This document shows, one piece after another, positions 20,807 through 31,489 of a stretch of DNA of 64,000 nucleotides. Position numbers and translations under genes: made by a program. The stretch lies in the NCBI RefSeq assembly GCF_054482525.1, contig NZ_CM137006.1; one strand, given 5' to 3'. The notes under the pieces were generated by a model, which was given only the letters and a program-made list of their open reading frames with translations, had not been told where the DNA came from and searched no databases. Each line of letters begins with the position of its first letter. The stretch's first letter is position 1.

Positions 20807-21766
20807 ATGAAGCCGGAAAACAAATTACCCGTTCTGGACCTTATTTCTGCTGAAATGAAGACCGTTGTGAATACTCTTCAGCCGGATTTACCGCCCTGGC
20901 CCGCAACGGGAACGATTGCTGAGCAACGACAGTATTACACACTTGAGCGCCGATTCTGGAATGCGGGCGCTCCAGAAATGGCAACCAGAGCTTACATGGT
21001 TCCAACAAAATATGGGCAGGTGGAAACACGTCTCTTTTGTCCGCAGCCAGATAGCCCGGCGACGCTATTTTATTTGCATGGCGGCGGTTTTATTCTCGGC
21101 AATCTTGATACCCACGATCGCATCATGCGCCTGCTGGCAAGCTACAGCCAATGTACGGTGATTGGCATTGATTACACCCTTTCACCTGAAGCGTGTTTTC
21201 CGCAAGCGATAGAGGAAATTGTGGCTGCCTGTTGTTATTTCCACCAGCAGGCGGAAGATTATCAAATCAATATGTCCCGCATTGGCTTTGCCGGTGATTC
21301 CGCAGGTGCCATGCTGGCGCTCGCCAGTGCGTTGTGGTTGCGTGATAAACAGATCGATTGCGGTAAAGTTGCGGGCGTTTTGCTGTGGTATGGGCTTTAC
21401 GGATTACGGGATTCCGTGACTCGTCGTCTGTTGGGCGGTGTCTGGGATGGCTTAACGCAACAGGATTTACAGATGTATGAAGAGGCGTATTTAAGCAACG
21501 ACGCGGACCGCGAGTCGCCGTATTACTGCCTGTTTAATAATGATCTCACTCGCGAAGTTCCGCCCTGTTTTATTGCCGGGGCGGAGTTCGATCCGCTGCT
21601 GGATGACAGCCGTCTGCTTTACCAGACGTTAGCGGCGCATCAGCAGCCCTGTGAGTTCAAACTCTACCCAGGCACGCTGCACGCCTTTTTGCATTATTCA
21701 CGGATGATGAAAACCGCCGACGAGGCTCTTCGCGACGGCGCTCAATTCTTTACCGCTCAGCTTTAG
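20807..21766 (+). CDS. aes: Acetyl esterase
   Basis: 319-aa ORF with HGGGF oxyanion-hole motif and GDSAG nucleophile motif (alpha/beta hydrolase, HSL family). Confidence 0.95.
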   Translation: MKPENKLPVLDLISAEMKTVVNTLQPDLPPWPATGTIAEQRQYYTLERRFWNAGAPEMATRAYMVPTKYGQVETRLFCPQPDSPATLFYLHGGGFILGNLDTHDRIMRLLASYSQCTVIGIDYTLSPEACFPQAIEEIVAACCYFHQQAEDYQINMSRIGFAGDSAGAMLALASALWLRDKQIDCGKVAGVLLWYGLYGLRDSVTRRLLGGVWDGLTQQDLQMYEEAYLSNDADRESPYYCLFNNDLTREVPPCFIAGAEFDPLLDDSRLLYQTLAAHQQPCEFKLYPGTLHAFLHYSRMMKTADEALRDGAQFFTAQL

Positions 21767-22725
21767 CGATACGCGGCAACAAGATTAGCCATCATTTCAA
21801 TATGTTCCGGCGTGGCATTAAGCGCCGGAATATATTCGTATTTTTTCCCGCCCGCACCGAGGAAGACCTCACGGTTTTGCTCGGCAATCTCTTCCAGCGT
21901 CTCCAGACAATCCGCAGCAAAGCCCGGGCACATCACCTGAATATGACCTACGCCTTTTTCTCCGAGCATTTTCAGCGTTTCGTCGGTATAAGGCATCAGC
22001 CAGGGTTCCCGCCCAAAGCGCGACTGAAAGGTCATCATCACTTTTTCCGGTGCCATCCCCAGTGCGGAAGCCAGTTCGCGAGTCGTTGTGCGACAACGTT
22101 GCGGGTAATCATCGCCTTCATCGGCATAACGCTGGGGAATGCCATGATAAGAGAGCAGCAGCAGATCTGGTTCGCCATGTTTGGCAAAAGAAGCACGTAC
22201 TCTGTTCGCCAGTGCATTAATGTAATCGTGGTTATCGGCGTAATCACGAATAAACGATATCCCCGGAATGCTACGTTTGCGCGCCAGAATGCGTGCCAGT
22301 TCATCCCATACCGCACCGACCGTTGAACAGGAGTATTGCGGATAAAGCGGCAGCACCACAATATGATCTACATGCTCTGCCAGGAGTTCATCTACGGCGC
22401 TTTCCAGTGATGGCGAGCCGTAGCTCATTCCCAGCGCTACGGGCGTCTCCGGTAAACGTTGTGCCAGCGCCTGCTGTTGCTGGCGGCTGTAAACCATCAG
22501 TGGCGAGCCACCTTCCATCCAGACAGAAGCATACAGCTTCGCCACACGCGGCGAGCGCAGTGGCAAAATCACGCCGCGCAGCAATGGCCACCATAACAAC
22601 CGTGAGGTATCAACCACACGTCTGTCGCTTAAAAATTGTTTCAGATAGCGTTTTACCGCTTCAGGTGTGGGGGCATCGGGCGTACCCAGGTTTGCCAGCA
22701 GGATACCGGTTTTAGTCTGACGCAT
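21763..22725 (-). CDS. hemH: Ferrochelatase
   Basis: 320-aa [41 protein letters not shown]...; 4-bp convergent overlap with aes. Confidence 0.95.
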   Translation of the reverse strand: MRQTKTGILLANLGTPDAPTPEAVKRYLKQFLSDRRVVDTSRLLWWPLLRGVILPLRSPRVAKLYASVWMEGGSPLMVYSRQQQQALAQRLPETPVALGMSYGSPSLESAVDELLAEHVDHIVVLPLYPQYSCSTVGAVWDELARILARKRSIPGISFIRDYADNHDYINALANRVRASFAKHGEPDLLLLSYHGIPQRYADEGDDYPQRCRTTTRELASALGMAPEKVMMTFQSRFGREPWLMPYTDETLKMLGEKGVGHIQVMCPGFAADCLETLEEIAEQNREVFLGAGGKKYEYIPALNATPEHIEMMANLVAAYR

Positions 22726-22856
22726 TACCGCCTCTTATCGATTCAACTTGTTGATAATTGTAGCGGAAAAGTGAAGAAGAAGAACTAATTGCTGTGAGAG
22801 GTATTGCCTGAGGAGGATGAGCAGACCTGCCCGAAAGCAGATCTGCTGCGGCTTGA

Positions 22857-23573
<717 letters not shown>

Positions 23574-23649
23574 TCAAGAAAGGCACCTGGGGCTGAAACG
23601 GTTAATGGCGAGATAATTTGCGGAAAGTTCAGATGATGAAAAGAAATAA

Positions 23650-24358
23650 ATATCCTCCGGCATAGCCGGAGGTTTTTCAAATGCGCCTATAAGGCTCTCT
23701 TACCAGCCGCGCCCTAACAGGCGCACACGATCTGACATTTGCATCCAACTTCGTTACTTACGGCCCGTAAACGGGCTGCCCGGATAGGGAATCGATAACT
23801 GCTCTCCCATTTTATCCTCTTCAAGCTGGTGCTTTATGTAATCCTGTATCTTCGCCGTGTTCTTACCCACCGTATCGACGTAGTACCCTCTGCACCAGAA
23901 CTCCCTGTTCCTGTATTTGAATTTCAAATCACCAAACTGCTCGTAAAGCATCAGACTGCTTTTCCCTTTCAGATATCCCATAAAGCCGGATACGCTCATT
24001 TTGGGCGGGATCTCCACAAGCATATGGATATGATCTGCACAGCATTCAGCTTCCAGAATCCGTACACTTTTCCACTCACACAGCTTTCTCAAAATACTGC
24101 CTATTGCTCTACGCTTCTCTCTGTAGAACACCTGTCTTCGGTATTTTGGCGCAAAAACTATGTGATATTTACAGTTCCATCGGGTGTGCGCTAAGCTCTT
24201 TTCGTTCCCCATTGGGACCCCCTTTTGATTTCTTGTTTGACACTTGCAGTTGCCAGACCGCAAGGTGTTTTAACAAATCAAAAGGGGTTTTAATAACTGG
24301 CTTAAAGCTGAAAGCTTTCCGGAACCCCCAGCCTAGCTGGGGGTTTTCTGTGCACAAA
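23650..24358 (-). mobile_element. IS200-family insertion sequence (IS200/IS605 family), approximate boundaries
   Basis: Contains the Y1 (HUH) transposase gene; hairpin AACCCCCAGCCTAGCTGGGGGTT (24322-24344) upstream of tnpA resembles the IS200 left-end stem-loop; the htpG-adk spacer is ~890 bp here versus ~180 bp as I recall in K-12, i.e. ~710 bp extra. Ends are estimated to +/-40 bp. Confidence 0.75.
23754..24212 (-). CDS. tnpA: IS200 transposase TnpA (Y1 HUH transposase)
   Basis: 152-aa product from internal Met: MGNEKSLAHTRWNCKYHIVFAPKYRRQVFYREKRRAIGSILRKLCEWKSVRILEAECCADHIHMLVEIPPKMS..., near-identical to IS200 TnpA as I recall it. Confidence 0.9.
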   Translation of the reverse strand: MGNEKSLAHTRWNCKYHIVFAPKYRRQVFYREKRRAIGSILRKLCEWKSVRILEAECCADHIHMLVEIPPKMSVSGFMGYLKGKSSLMLYEQFGDLKFKYRNREFWCRGYYVDTVGKNTAKIQDYIKHQLEEDKMGEQLSIPYPGSPFTGRK

Positions 24359-24393
24359 AATGCCGGATGACACGAGGGTCATCCGGCATTACA

Positions 24394-26268
24394 TCAGGAA
24401 ACCAACAGCTGGTTCATACGGCGAATAAACAGGTTCGGATCTTCCAGCGTACCGCGCTCTGCCAGCAGCGCCTGATCCAGCAGCAGTTCTACCCACTCGC
24501 TGAACTTCGCTTCATCTTCAGTATCTGCCGCACGTTTCACCAGTACGTGATCCGGGTTCAGTTCGAAGATGTATTTCACTTCTGGCACTTTCTGGCCCGC
24601 CGCAGCGAACAGTTTCGCCATCTGAGTGCTCATTTCGTCCGCGTCGGTAGAAACAATCGCTGGCGTATCGGTCAGACGGTGAGTCAGACGGACATCTTTC
24701 ACGCGCTCGCCGAGCAGGGCTTTCACACGGTCGATGAACGGAGTCAGGGCTTTCTCCGCTTCTTTCGCGCTCTCATCAACTTCGTCAGCCAGTTTTTCCA
24801 GCGACTCGTCAACTTTAGACACAGACTGGAACGGTTTACCGTCGAACTCAGTCAGATAGTTCATCATCCACTCATCGATGCGGTCGGAAAGCAGCAGAAC
24901 TTCGATGCCTTTCTTACGCAGCAGTTCCAGGTGCGGGCTGCTCTTCGCTGCCGCATAGCTGTCTGCAGTGATGTAGTAGATTTTCTCCTGCCCTTCTTTC
25001 ATGCGGGAAACGTAGTCTTCCAGAGACACGGTCTGCGCAGAAGAATCGGTATGAGTAGACGCAAAACGCAGCAGTTTGGCGATCGCTTCCTGGTTAGCGA
25101 AATCTTCCGCCGGACCTTCTTTCAGTACCAGGCCAAACTGTTGCCAGAAGGTCTGGTATTTTTCCGCGTCGTCTTTCGCCAGTTTTTCCAGCATTTGCAG
25201 CACACGCTTGGTCAGCGCATTGCGCAGGTTACGCGTTACCGTGCTGTCCTGGAGGATTTCACGGGAAACGTTCAGCGGCAGATCGCTGGAGTCAATCAGA
25301 CCACGCACGAAGCGCAGATAGTTCGGCATGAACTGTTCTGCGTCGTCCATGATGAACACACGCTGGACGTACAGTTTCAGGCCATGTTTATGATCGCGGT
25401 TCCACATATCCCACGGAGCCTGGGACGGAATGTACAGCAGGCTGGTGTACTCCTGCTTACCTTCAACGCGGTTGTGGCTCCAGGTCAGCGGATCGTTAAA
25501 GTCGTGGGCGATGTGTTTGTAGAACTCTTTGTACTCTTCATCGGTGATTTCCGACTTGTTACGAGTCCATAGCGCCTGCGCTTTGTTGATTTTTTCCCAG
25601 GAGATAACGGTTTCGCCGTCTTTCTCTTCGCGTTTTTCGATCTCTACCGGCAGCGCGATATGGTCGGAGTATTTGCTGATGATGGAACGCACGCGCCAGT
25701 CATCGAGGAACTCGTCTTCGCCTTCACGCAGATGCAGGGTGATTTCAGTACCACGATCTTCTTTGGTGATGTCGGCAACGGTGTATTCACCTTCACCAGC
25801 CGATTCCCAGAAAACACCGTTTTCTGGTTTTTCGCCTGCCGCGCGAGTACGCACGGTCACTTTGTCGGCCACTATAAACGCAGAGTAGAAACCAACACCA
25901 AACTGACCGATCAGCTGGCTGTCTTTCGCCTGGTCAGAACCCAGGGATTCGAGGAATGATTTGGTGCCGGATTTAGCGATAGTCCCCAGATGGTCTATCA
26001 CTTCGTCGCGGGTCATCCCCACGCCGTTATCGGAGATGGTCAGCGTGCGCTTGTCTTTATCGAAAGAGACACGAACGCGCAGTTCGCCATCACCTTCGTA
26101 CAGATCCGGGTTAGAGAGCGCACGGAAACGCAGCTTGTCCGCCGCATCGGAGGCGTTAGAGATAAGCTCACGCAGGAAGATTTCTTTATTGGAATAGAGA
26201 GAATGGATCATCAGGTGCAGAAGCTGCTTCACTTCTGACTGAAAACCACGAGTTTCTTGTCCTTTCAT
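24394..26268 (-). CDS. htpG: Chaperone Hsp90
   Basis: 624-aa ORF with GHKL ATPase N-terminal domain, recognised as HtpG. Confidence 0.97.
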   Translation of the reverse strand: MKGQETRGFQSEVKQLLHLMIHSLYSNKEIFLRELISNASDAADKLRFRALSNPDLYEGDGELRVRVSFDKDKRTLTISDNGVGMTRDEVIDHLGTIAKSGTKSFLESLGSDQAKDSQLIGQFGVGFYSAFIVADKVTVRTRAAGEKPENGVFWESAGEGEYTVADITKEDRGTEITLHLREGEDEFLDDWRVRSIISKYSDHIALPVEIEKREEKDGETVISWEKINKAQALWTRNKSEITDEEYKEFYKHIAHDFNDPLTWSHNRVEGKQEYTSLLYIPSQAPWDMWNRDHKHGLKLYVQRVFIMDDAEQFMPNYLRFVRGLIDSSDLPLNVSREILQDSTVTRNLRNALTKRVLQMLEKLAKDDAEKYQTFWQQFGLVLKEGPAEDFANQEAIAKLLRFASTHTDSSAQTVSLEDYVSRMKEGQEKIYYITADSYAAAKSSPHLELLRKKGIEVLLLSDRIDEWMMNYLTEFDGKPFQSVSKVDESLEKLADEVDESAKEAEKALTPFIDRVKALLGERVKDVRLTHRLTDTPAIVSTDADEMSTQMAKLFAAAGQKVPEVKYIFELNPDHVLVKRAADTEDEAKFSEWVELLLDQALLAERGTLEDPNLFIRRMNQLLVS

Positions 26269-26319
26269 GTAGGTCTACCTCAATAATGCCATTTTAAGGT
26301 TAAAAACAGGATGAGGGAG

Positions 26320-26348
26320 AGATGGGGACAAGGGGGAATAATTTCAAG
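26320..26348 (-). promoter_or_regulatory. Sigma-32 heat-shock promoter of htpG
   Basis: Minus-strand reads CTTGAAA (-35) ... CCCCATCT (-10) with 14-bp spacer. Confidence 0.75.
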
Positions 26349-26377
26349 CGAGAGCAGGTGATCCTGCTCTCGTTTGC

Positions 26378-26982
26378 TTAAAAACGAATCTTATGACGCC
26401 CGGCAAGGGAGTGTGACAGCGTGGTGCCATCGACCATTTCCAGCTCGCCGCCAACCGGTACGCCATGAGCGATTCGGCTGGCTTCCACGTCATATTGCGC
26501 GCAAAGCTCGGCAATGTAGTTAGCGGTAGCTTCACCTTCAACCGTGGGGTTGGTGGCGAGGATCACTTCAGTGATTTTTTCCTCTGCCAGACGCTGTTCC
26601 AGACGATCAAGGCCGATATCATCCGGACCGATGCCGTCCAGCGGTGACAGGTGCCCCATCAACACAAAATAACGGCCTGAAAACTGCCCCGTCTGCTCAA
26701 TGGCGTAGATGTCCGCCGGACTCTCCACCACGCAGATTTGACCGTTTTCCTGACGACGCGGATTCGAACAGATGTTACAGACTTCCTGTTCGGTGAAGGT
26801 GCGGCAATCGGCGCAGTGGCCGATTTCCGACATCGCCCGGGTGAGCGCCTGCGCCAGACGCATCCCGCCGCTACGATCGCGCTGAAGCAGCGTGAACGCC
26901 ATACGCTGCGCCGACTTCGGGCCAACGCCCGGCAGGCAGCGCAGTGCTTCCATAAGCTGTGTTAACAGCGGGCTGGTTTGCA

Positions 26983-26983
<1 letters not shown>
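26378..26983 (-). CDS. recR: Recombination protein RecR
   Basis: 201-aa ORF with C4 zinc finger (CADCRTF...CNIC) and Toprim domain. Confidence 0.95.
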
Positions 26984-27327
<344 letters not shown>

Positions 27328-27364
27328 TCACGTTAAGGATGACGAACGTAAGCTGTGCTTACGA

Positions 27365-29296
27365 TCAAATGGGGCGGATACTTTCTTCATCCAGCTCCGC
27401 ATCGAAGAACCGACGCAGAGTCTGAATATTATTATCCGCAATAATGGACTCGCGCGCCTGCGCAAGTTTTTCTTCGTATATCGCCTGACGCCATTCCAGC
27501 GGCGTACGCACCGCGGGATTATCATCTTCAACGATAGTCAGTTCAACCGTTGAACCTTTTAACGTGCTCAACGCTTCAGCCAGTTTTTGCTGTGCGCCGC
27601 GGTTGTTCAAATGCCGCTGAGAGGAGCGCAAATGCAGACATACTGCGTTGTCGCTCTCCTCTTTCCAGGCATTTAAGGCCACCTGTTCGACCAGTTTTGG
27701 TAGCGAAAGTTGGCTCACCTGTGCCGCCCACGGGTCGCGCTCAATGGCTTCTGCCGCCAGCTTCGCCGCCAGTTCCGGCGTTTTTTCATGTTCCAGCGCT
27801 TTTTTTAGCGCCTTCGGCGTGGCGACCACTTCTTTTTGCTGCATCACTGGAGTGGTGGCCTTCCAGCGATACGCTTCTTTTTTGGCTGGCGCTTTTTCCA
27901 GCGCCGATGGCACCGGACGCGCCTGAACGCGATCGGTGACCGAAGCCAGTCTTTCCAGCGCAGCGTTATTCACCGGCCGCGCGCGGGTAGCGGCTGCCGG
28001 TTCACTCTTTTTTGCTTTGGTTGCTCCCTGCACGCGCTGCAACTGCTGGCGCGCCGCCAGCACCTGGCTGGTGGTTTCCGGGAGCGGTACAGTCGGTGCC
28101 TGCTGCGGCGCTGATTGCGGTTGCGGCGGCACCTGGGTTGGCGTCATTACTGCCGTTGGCGCGACGGGCGCAAAGGACTGGCGTGGCACTTCTGGCTCAG
28201 GCAGCGGCATACGCGGATGGAACGCCAGCGCGCGCAACAGCGTCATCTCAACGCCCATACGGCGGTCTGGCGCATACGGTAATTCTTTGCGACCAATCAA
28301 CAGCGTCTGATAGTAAAGCTGAATATCCGTCGGCGGTATGGTGCGCGCCAGTTCACGCATCCGCAGCTCGATGGCGGCCATATCGTTGCCAAGTGCAGCA
28401 GGCGAAAGTTGTACCATCGCAATACGATGCAACAGACCGAGCATTTCCACCAGCAACGCTTCCCACTCGATACCACGGGCAGCGGCTTCATTAATCAGCG
28501 CCATTACGCGCTCGCCGTTGGCCTCGACCATCGCTTCAACCAGCGACAGCGCCTGATCGTCGTCAAGCGTACCCAGCATCGCACTGACCGCCTGGGTTGA
28601 AACCTGGCCGTCACCGCTGGCAATCGCCTGGTCGGTCAGACTTAAGGCATCTCGCAGGCTGCCTTCAGCGGCGCGCGCCAGTAATTGCAACGCCCGCGGC
28701 TCGTGAGCGATATGTTCTTCGTTGAGGATGTGCTCAAGCTGATGGCGAATTTGCTCGACATCCAGCGCCTTGAGATGAAATTGCAAACAGCGTGACAAAA
28801 TCGTCACCGGCAATTTCTGTGGATCGGTCGTCGCCAGCAGAAACTTAACGTGCTCCGGCGGCTCTTCAAGGGTTTTTAACAGTGCGTTAAAGCTGTGGCG
28901 CGACAGCATATGCACTTCGTCGATCAGATAAACTTTGAAACGACCACGCGCCGGAGCGTACTGGACGTTATCCAGCAGGTCGCGAGTGTCTTCAACTTTA
29001 GTGCGCGAGGCGGCGTCGATTTCAATCAGATCGACAAAGCGCCCCTGCTCGATTTCACGACAGTTATCGCACACGCCGCACGGCGTCGCGGTAATGCCGG
29101 TTTCGCAGTTTAGTCCCTTCGCCAGCAGTCGGGCGATAGAGGTTTTTCCGACGCCACGGGTGCCGGAAAAAAGATAAGCATGATGAATACGCCCTAACGA
29201 CAAGCCGTTCGCCAGTGCGGTCAGCACATGTTCCTGGCCGACGACGTCAGCAAAGGTTTGTGGGCGCCATTTTCGGGCTAAGACCTGATAACTCAT
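27365..29296 (-). CDS. dnaX: DNA polymerase III subunits tau and gamma
   Basis: 643-aa ORF with AAA+ clamp-loader motifs (GTRGVGKTS). Confidence 0.97.
   Translation of the reverse strand: MSYQVLARKWRPQTFADVVGQEHVLTALANGLSLGRIHHAYLFSGTRGVGKTSIARLLAKGLNCETGITATPCGVCDNCREIEQGRFVDLIEIDAASRTKVEDTRDLLDNVQYAPARGRFKVYLIDEVHMLSRHSFNALLKTLEEPPEHVKFLLATTDPQKLPVTILSRCLQFHLKALDVEQIRHQLEHILNEEHIAHEPRALQLLARAAEGSLRDALSLTDQAIASGDGQVSTQAVSAMLGTLDDDQALSLVEAMVEANGERVMALINEAAARGIEWEALLVEMLGLLHRIAMVQLSPAALGNDMAAIELRMRELARTIPPTDIQLYYQTLLIGRKELPYAPDRRMGVEMTLLRALAFHPRMPLPEPEVPRQSFAPVAPTAVMTPTQVPPQPQSAPQQAPTVPLPETTSQVLAARQQLQRVQGATKAKKSEPAAATRARPVNNAALERLASVTDRVQARPVPSALEKAPAKKEAYRWKATTPVMQQKEVVATPKALKKALEHEKTPELAAKLAAEAIERDPWAAQVSQLSLPKLVEQVALNAWKEESDNAVCLHLRSSQRHLNNRGAQQKLAEALSTLKGSTVELTIVEDDNPAVRTPLEWRQAIYEEKLAQARESIIADNNIQTLRRFFDAELDEESIRPI
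27971..28013 (-). other. dnaX: dnaX programmed -1 frameshift signal (A AAA AAG heptamer plus downstream stem-loop) yielding gamma
   Basis: Minus strand reads GCA AAA AAG AGT GA with A-AAA-AAG at codons 429-430, then stem-loop CCGGCAGCCGCTACCCGCGCGCGGCCGG; -1 frame gives Lys-Lys-Glu-stop. Confidence 0.9.
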
Positions 29297-29424
29297 TGGC
29301 AGGCTCTGAAACGCTGGAAGGTGGATTCACGAAGGGGTAATGCTAACACAGCCCCGTCAGAACGGCGAGGCTGAATGCACATCTTGTGCTGTCCGTAGCG
29401 TGGGCAGCACAAGACTGGCGATGA

Positions 29425-29976
29425 TTAATGGCCCGGGAACGGAACAAGGCTGTAGCTGGTAATGCCCTGTTTTTCGAGACGCTGTTCGCCGCCGAGATCG
29501 AACAGGTTGATAATGAACGCAGCATCAGCCACTTCACCACCCAGACGACGGATCAGTTTAACGGTCGCTTCGATAGTACCGCCGGTTGCCAGCAGATCGT
29601 CCACCACCAGAACTTTGTCGCCCGGTTTGATGGCATCAACGTGGATTTCCAGCTGATCGGTGCCGTATTCCAGGTCGTAAGTTTCACTGATGGTTTCACG
29701 CGGCAGTTTGCCCGGTTTACGGACCGGCACAAAGCCAACGCCCAGACCCAGAGCTACCGGAGCGCCAAACAAGAAGCCACGCGCTTCGGTGCCGACAACT
29801 TTGGTAATGCCCGCATTTTTGTAACGCTCAACCAGCAAGTCGATGCTGAGAGCGTAAGCTTTCGGGTCTTCCAGTAAGCTGGTGACATCACGGAAAAGAA
29901 TGCCGGGTTTTGGGTAGTCCTGAATGCTTTTGATGCTATTTTTGAGATACTCAAGCTGCTGTGCAGTCGCGGTCAT
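29425..29976 (-). CDS. apt: Adenine phosphoribosyltransferase
   Basis: 183-aa product from [30 protein letters not shown]...; the ORF-track entry extends 18 codons upstream. Confidence 0.95.
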
Positions 29977-30128
29977 AAGTGTATGCCTGCTTGTTACGGT
30001 GGTACTCACGGCGCGTTTTAAACGTATCAAAAGTAACAGTTGTTTAACCTTTGACCGCCTGCGCCTGTGCTCGAAAACGCCAGAATGTACTGGCTGTACG
30101 CAATAATTGCAACTGCGATTGTTGTGCT

Positions 30129-30506
30129 TCAGTGCTTTTCTTGCTTTTCATCAATCACCGGAATTCGCCACATATAAAAAAGCAAACAGGCGAGAATAAC
30201 CAGCAACATAATGCGTACCCATGGCATCTGGACGAACCACAGAGAAATTGCAAACGTGAGCAAAATAAGCAAAATCGCCCGTGGTTTGACGCCGCGCGGC
30301 ATCGCATGATGTTTCTGCCAGAAACGTAGATAGCTGCCAAACCATGAGCGGTACAGCAACCAGGCGTGAAAGCGCGGGGAAGAACGGGCAAAGCACCAGG
30401 CCGCCAGCAGGATAAACGGCGTCGTCGGTAATACCGGTAATACCACGCCCAGCGTACCCAGCACTACCGCCAGCCAGCCAATGATGATTAAAATGATTCG
30501 TTGCAT
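30129..30506 (-). CDS. ybaN: Inner membrane protein YbaN (DUF454)
   Basis: 125-aa hydrophobic ORF, conserved position between apt and priC. Confidence 0.88.
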
Positions 30507-30575
30507 ATTGAGTGTTGTCAGCTTACAGAGTTGCTACTTTAGCATAACAATTATCATTTTCATTGAGGTCTTATC

Positions 30576-31103
30576 GTGAAAACCGCCCTGCTGCTGGAAA
30601 AACTGGAAGGACAGCTCGCTACGCTGCGTCAGCGTTGTGCCCCGGTAGCGCAATTTGCCACGCTAAGTGCCCGTTTTGACAGGCACCTTTTTCAGACTCG
30701 TGCGACAACACTGCAGGCTTGTCTCGATGAGGCAGGCGATAACCTGGCTGCGCTTCGTCATGCCGTTGAGCAACAGCAACTGCCGCAAGTGGCCTGGCTG
30801 GCGGAACATCTGGCGGCGCAACTGGAGGCTATAGCGCGTGAAGCCACAGCCTGGTCGCTACGCGAGTGGGATAGCGCACCACCCAAAATTGCCCGCTGGC
30901 AGCGTAAACGTATTCAGCATCAGGATTTTGAGCGGCGGCTACGTGAAATGGTTGCCGAACGCAGAGCCCGCCTGGCGCGGGTAACCGATCTCGTGGAACA
31001 GCAAACGCTGCATCGTGAAGTAGAAGCCTATGAAGCGCGCCTGGCGCGGTGTCGCCATGCGCTGGAAAAAATCGAAAACAGGTTAGCGCGTTTAACCCGC
31101 TAG
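30576..31103 (+). CDS. priC: Primosomal replication protein N'' (PriC)
   Basis: 175-aa [42 protein letters not shown]..., recognised as PriC. Confidence 0.93.
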   Translation: MKTALLLEKLEGQLATLRQRCAPVAQFATLSARFDRHLFQTRATTLQACLDEAGDNLAALRHAVEQQQLPQVAWLAEHLAAQLEAIAREATAWSLREWDSAPPKIARWQRKRIQHQDFERRLREMVAERRARLARVTDLVEQQTLHREVEAYEARLARCRHALEKIENRLARLTR

Positions 31104-31116
31104 CAATGGAGAGAGT

Positions 31117-31278
31117 ATGTCACTGGAAAATGCCCCTGACGATGTCAAACTGGCTGTCGATTTGATTGTGCTGCTGGAAGAAAATCAGATCCCAGCCCGC
31201 ACCGTGCTGCGCGCGCTGGATATTGTAAAACGCGATTATGAAAAGAAATTAACGCGCGATGATGAGGCGGAAAAGTGA
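31117..31278 (+). CDS. ybaM: Small protein YbaM (DUF2496), 53 aa
   Basis: Not in the ORF track (below length cut-off); read directly: ATG at 31117, [56 protein letters not shown] at 31276-31278; RBS GGAGAG upstream. Confidence 0.85.
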   Translation: MSLENAPDDVKLAVDLIVLLEENQIPARTVLRALDIVKRDYEKKLTRDDEAEK

Positions 31279-31289
31279 GAAATAAATAG

Positions 31290-31440
31290 GGCCGCTAAAT
31301 GTCCCCTAAGATTGTGGGCAAACGCAAAACTGCCTGATGCGCTACGCTTATCAGGCCTACACCGCTCCTGCAATATATTGAATTCTTGCGGTTCCGTAGG
31401 CCGGATAAGGCGGTCACGCCGCATCCGGCATGAACAACGC
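31290..31440. repeat. REP/BIME elements between ybaM and mscK
   Basis: Imperfect palindromes GCCTGATGCGCTACGCTTATCAGGCCTAC and GCCGGATAAGGCGGTCACGCCGCATCCGGC. Confidence 0.75.
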
Positions 31441-31489
31441 GCACTTTGTCAGTAATCTCGGGGCAACTAAATGTCGCCCCCTTTGGTTA

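Noticed and set aside
24367-25572. 401-aa plus-strand ORF
   Set aside because: Fully antisense to htpG; Arg/Phe/Val-rich low-complexity translation typical of the reverse frame of a highly expressed gene.
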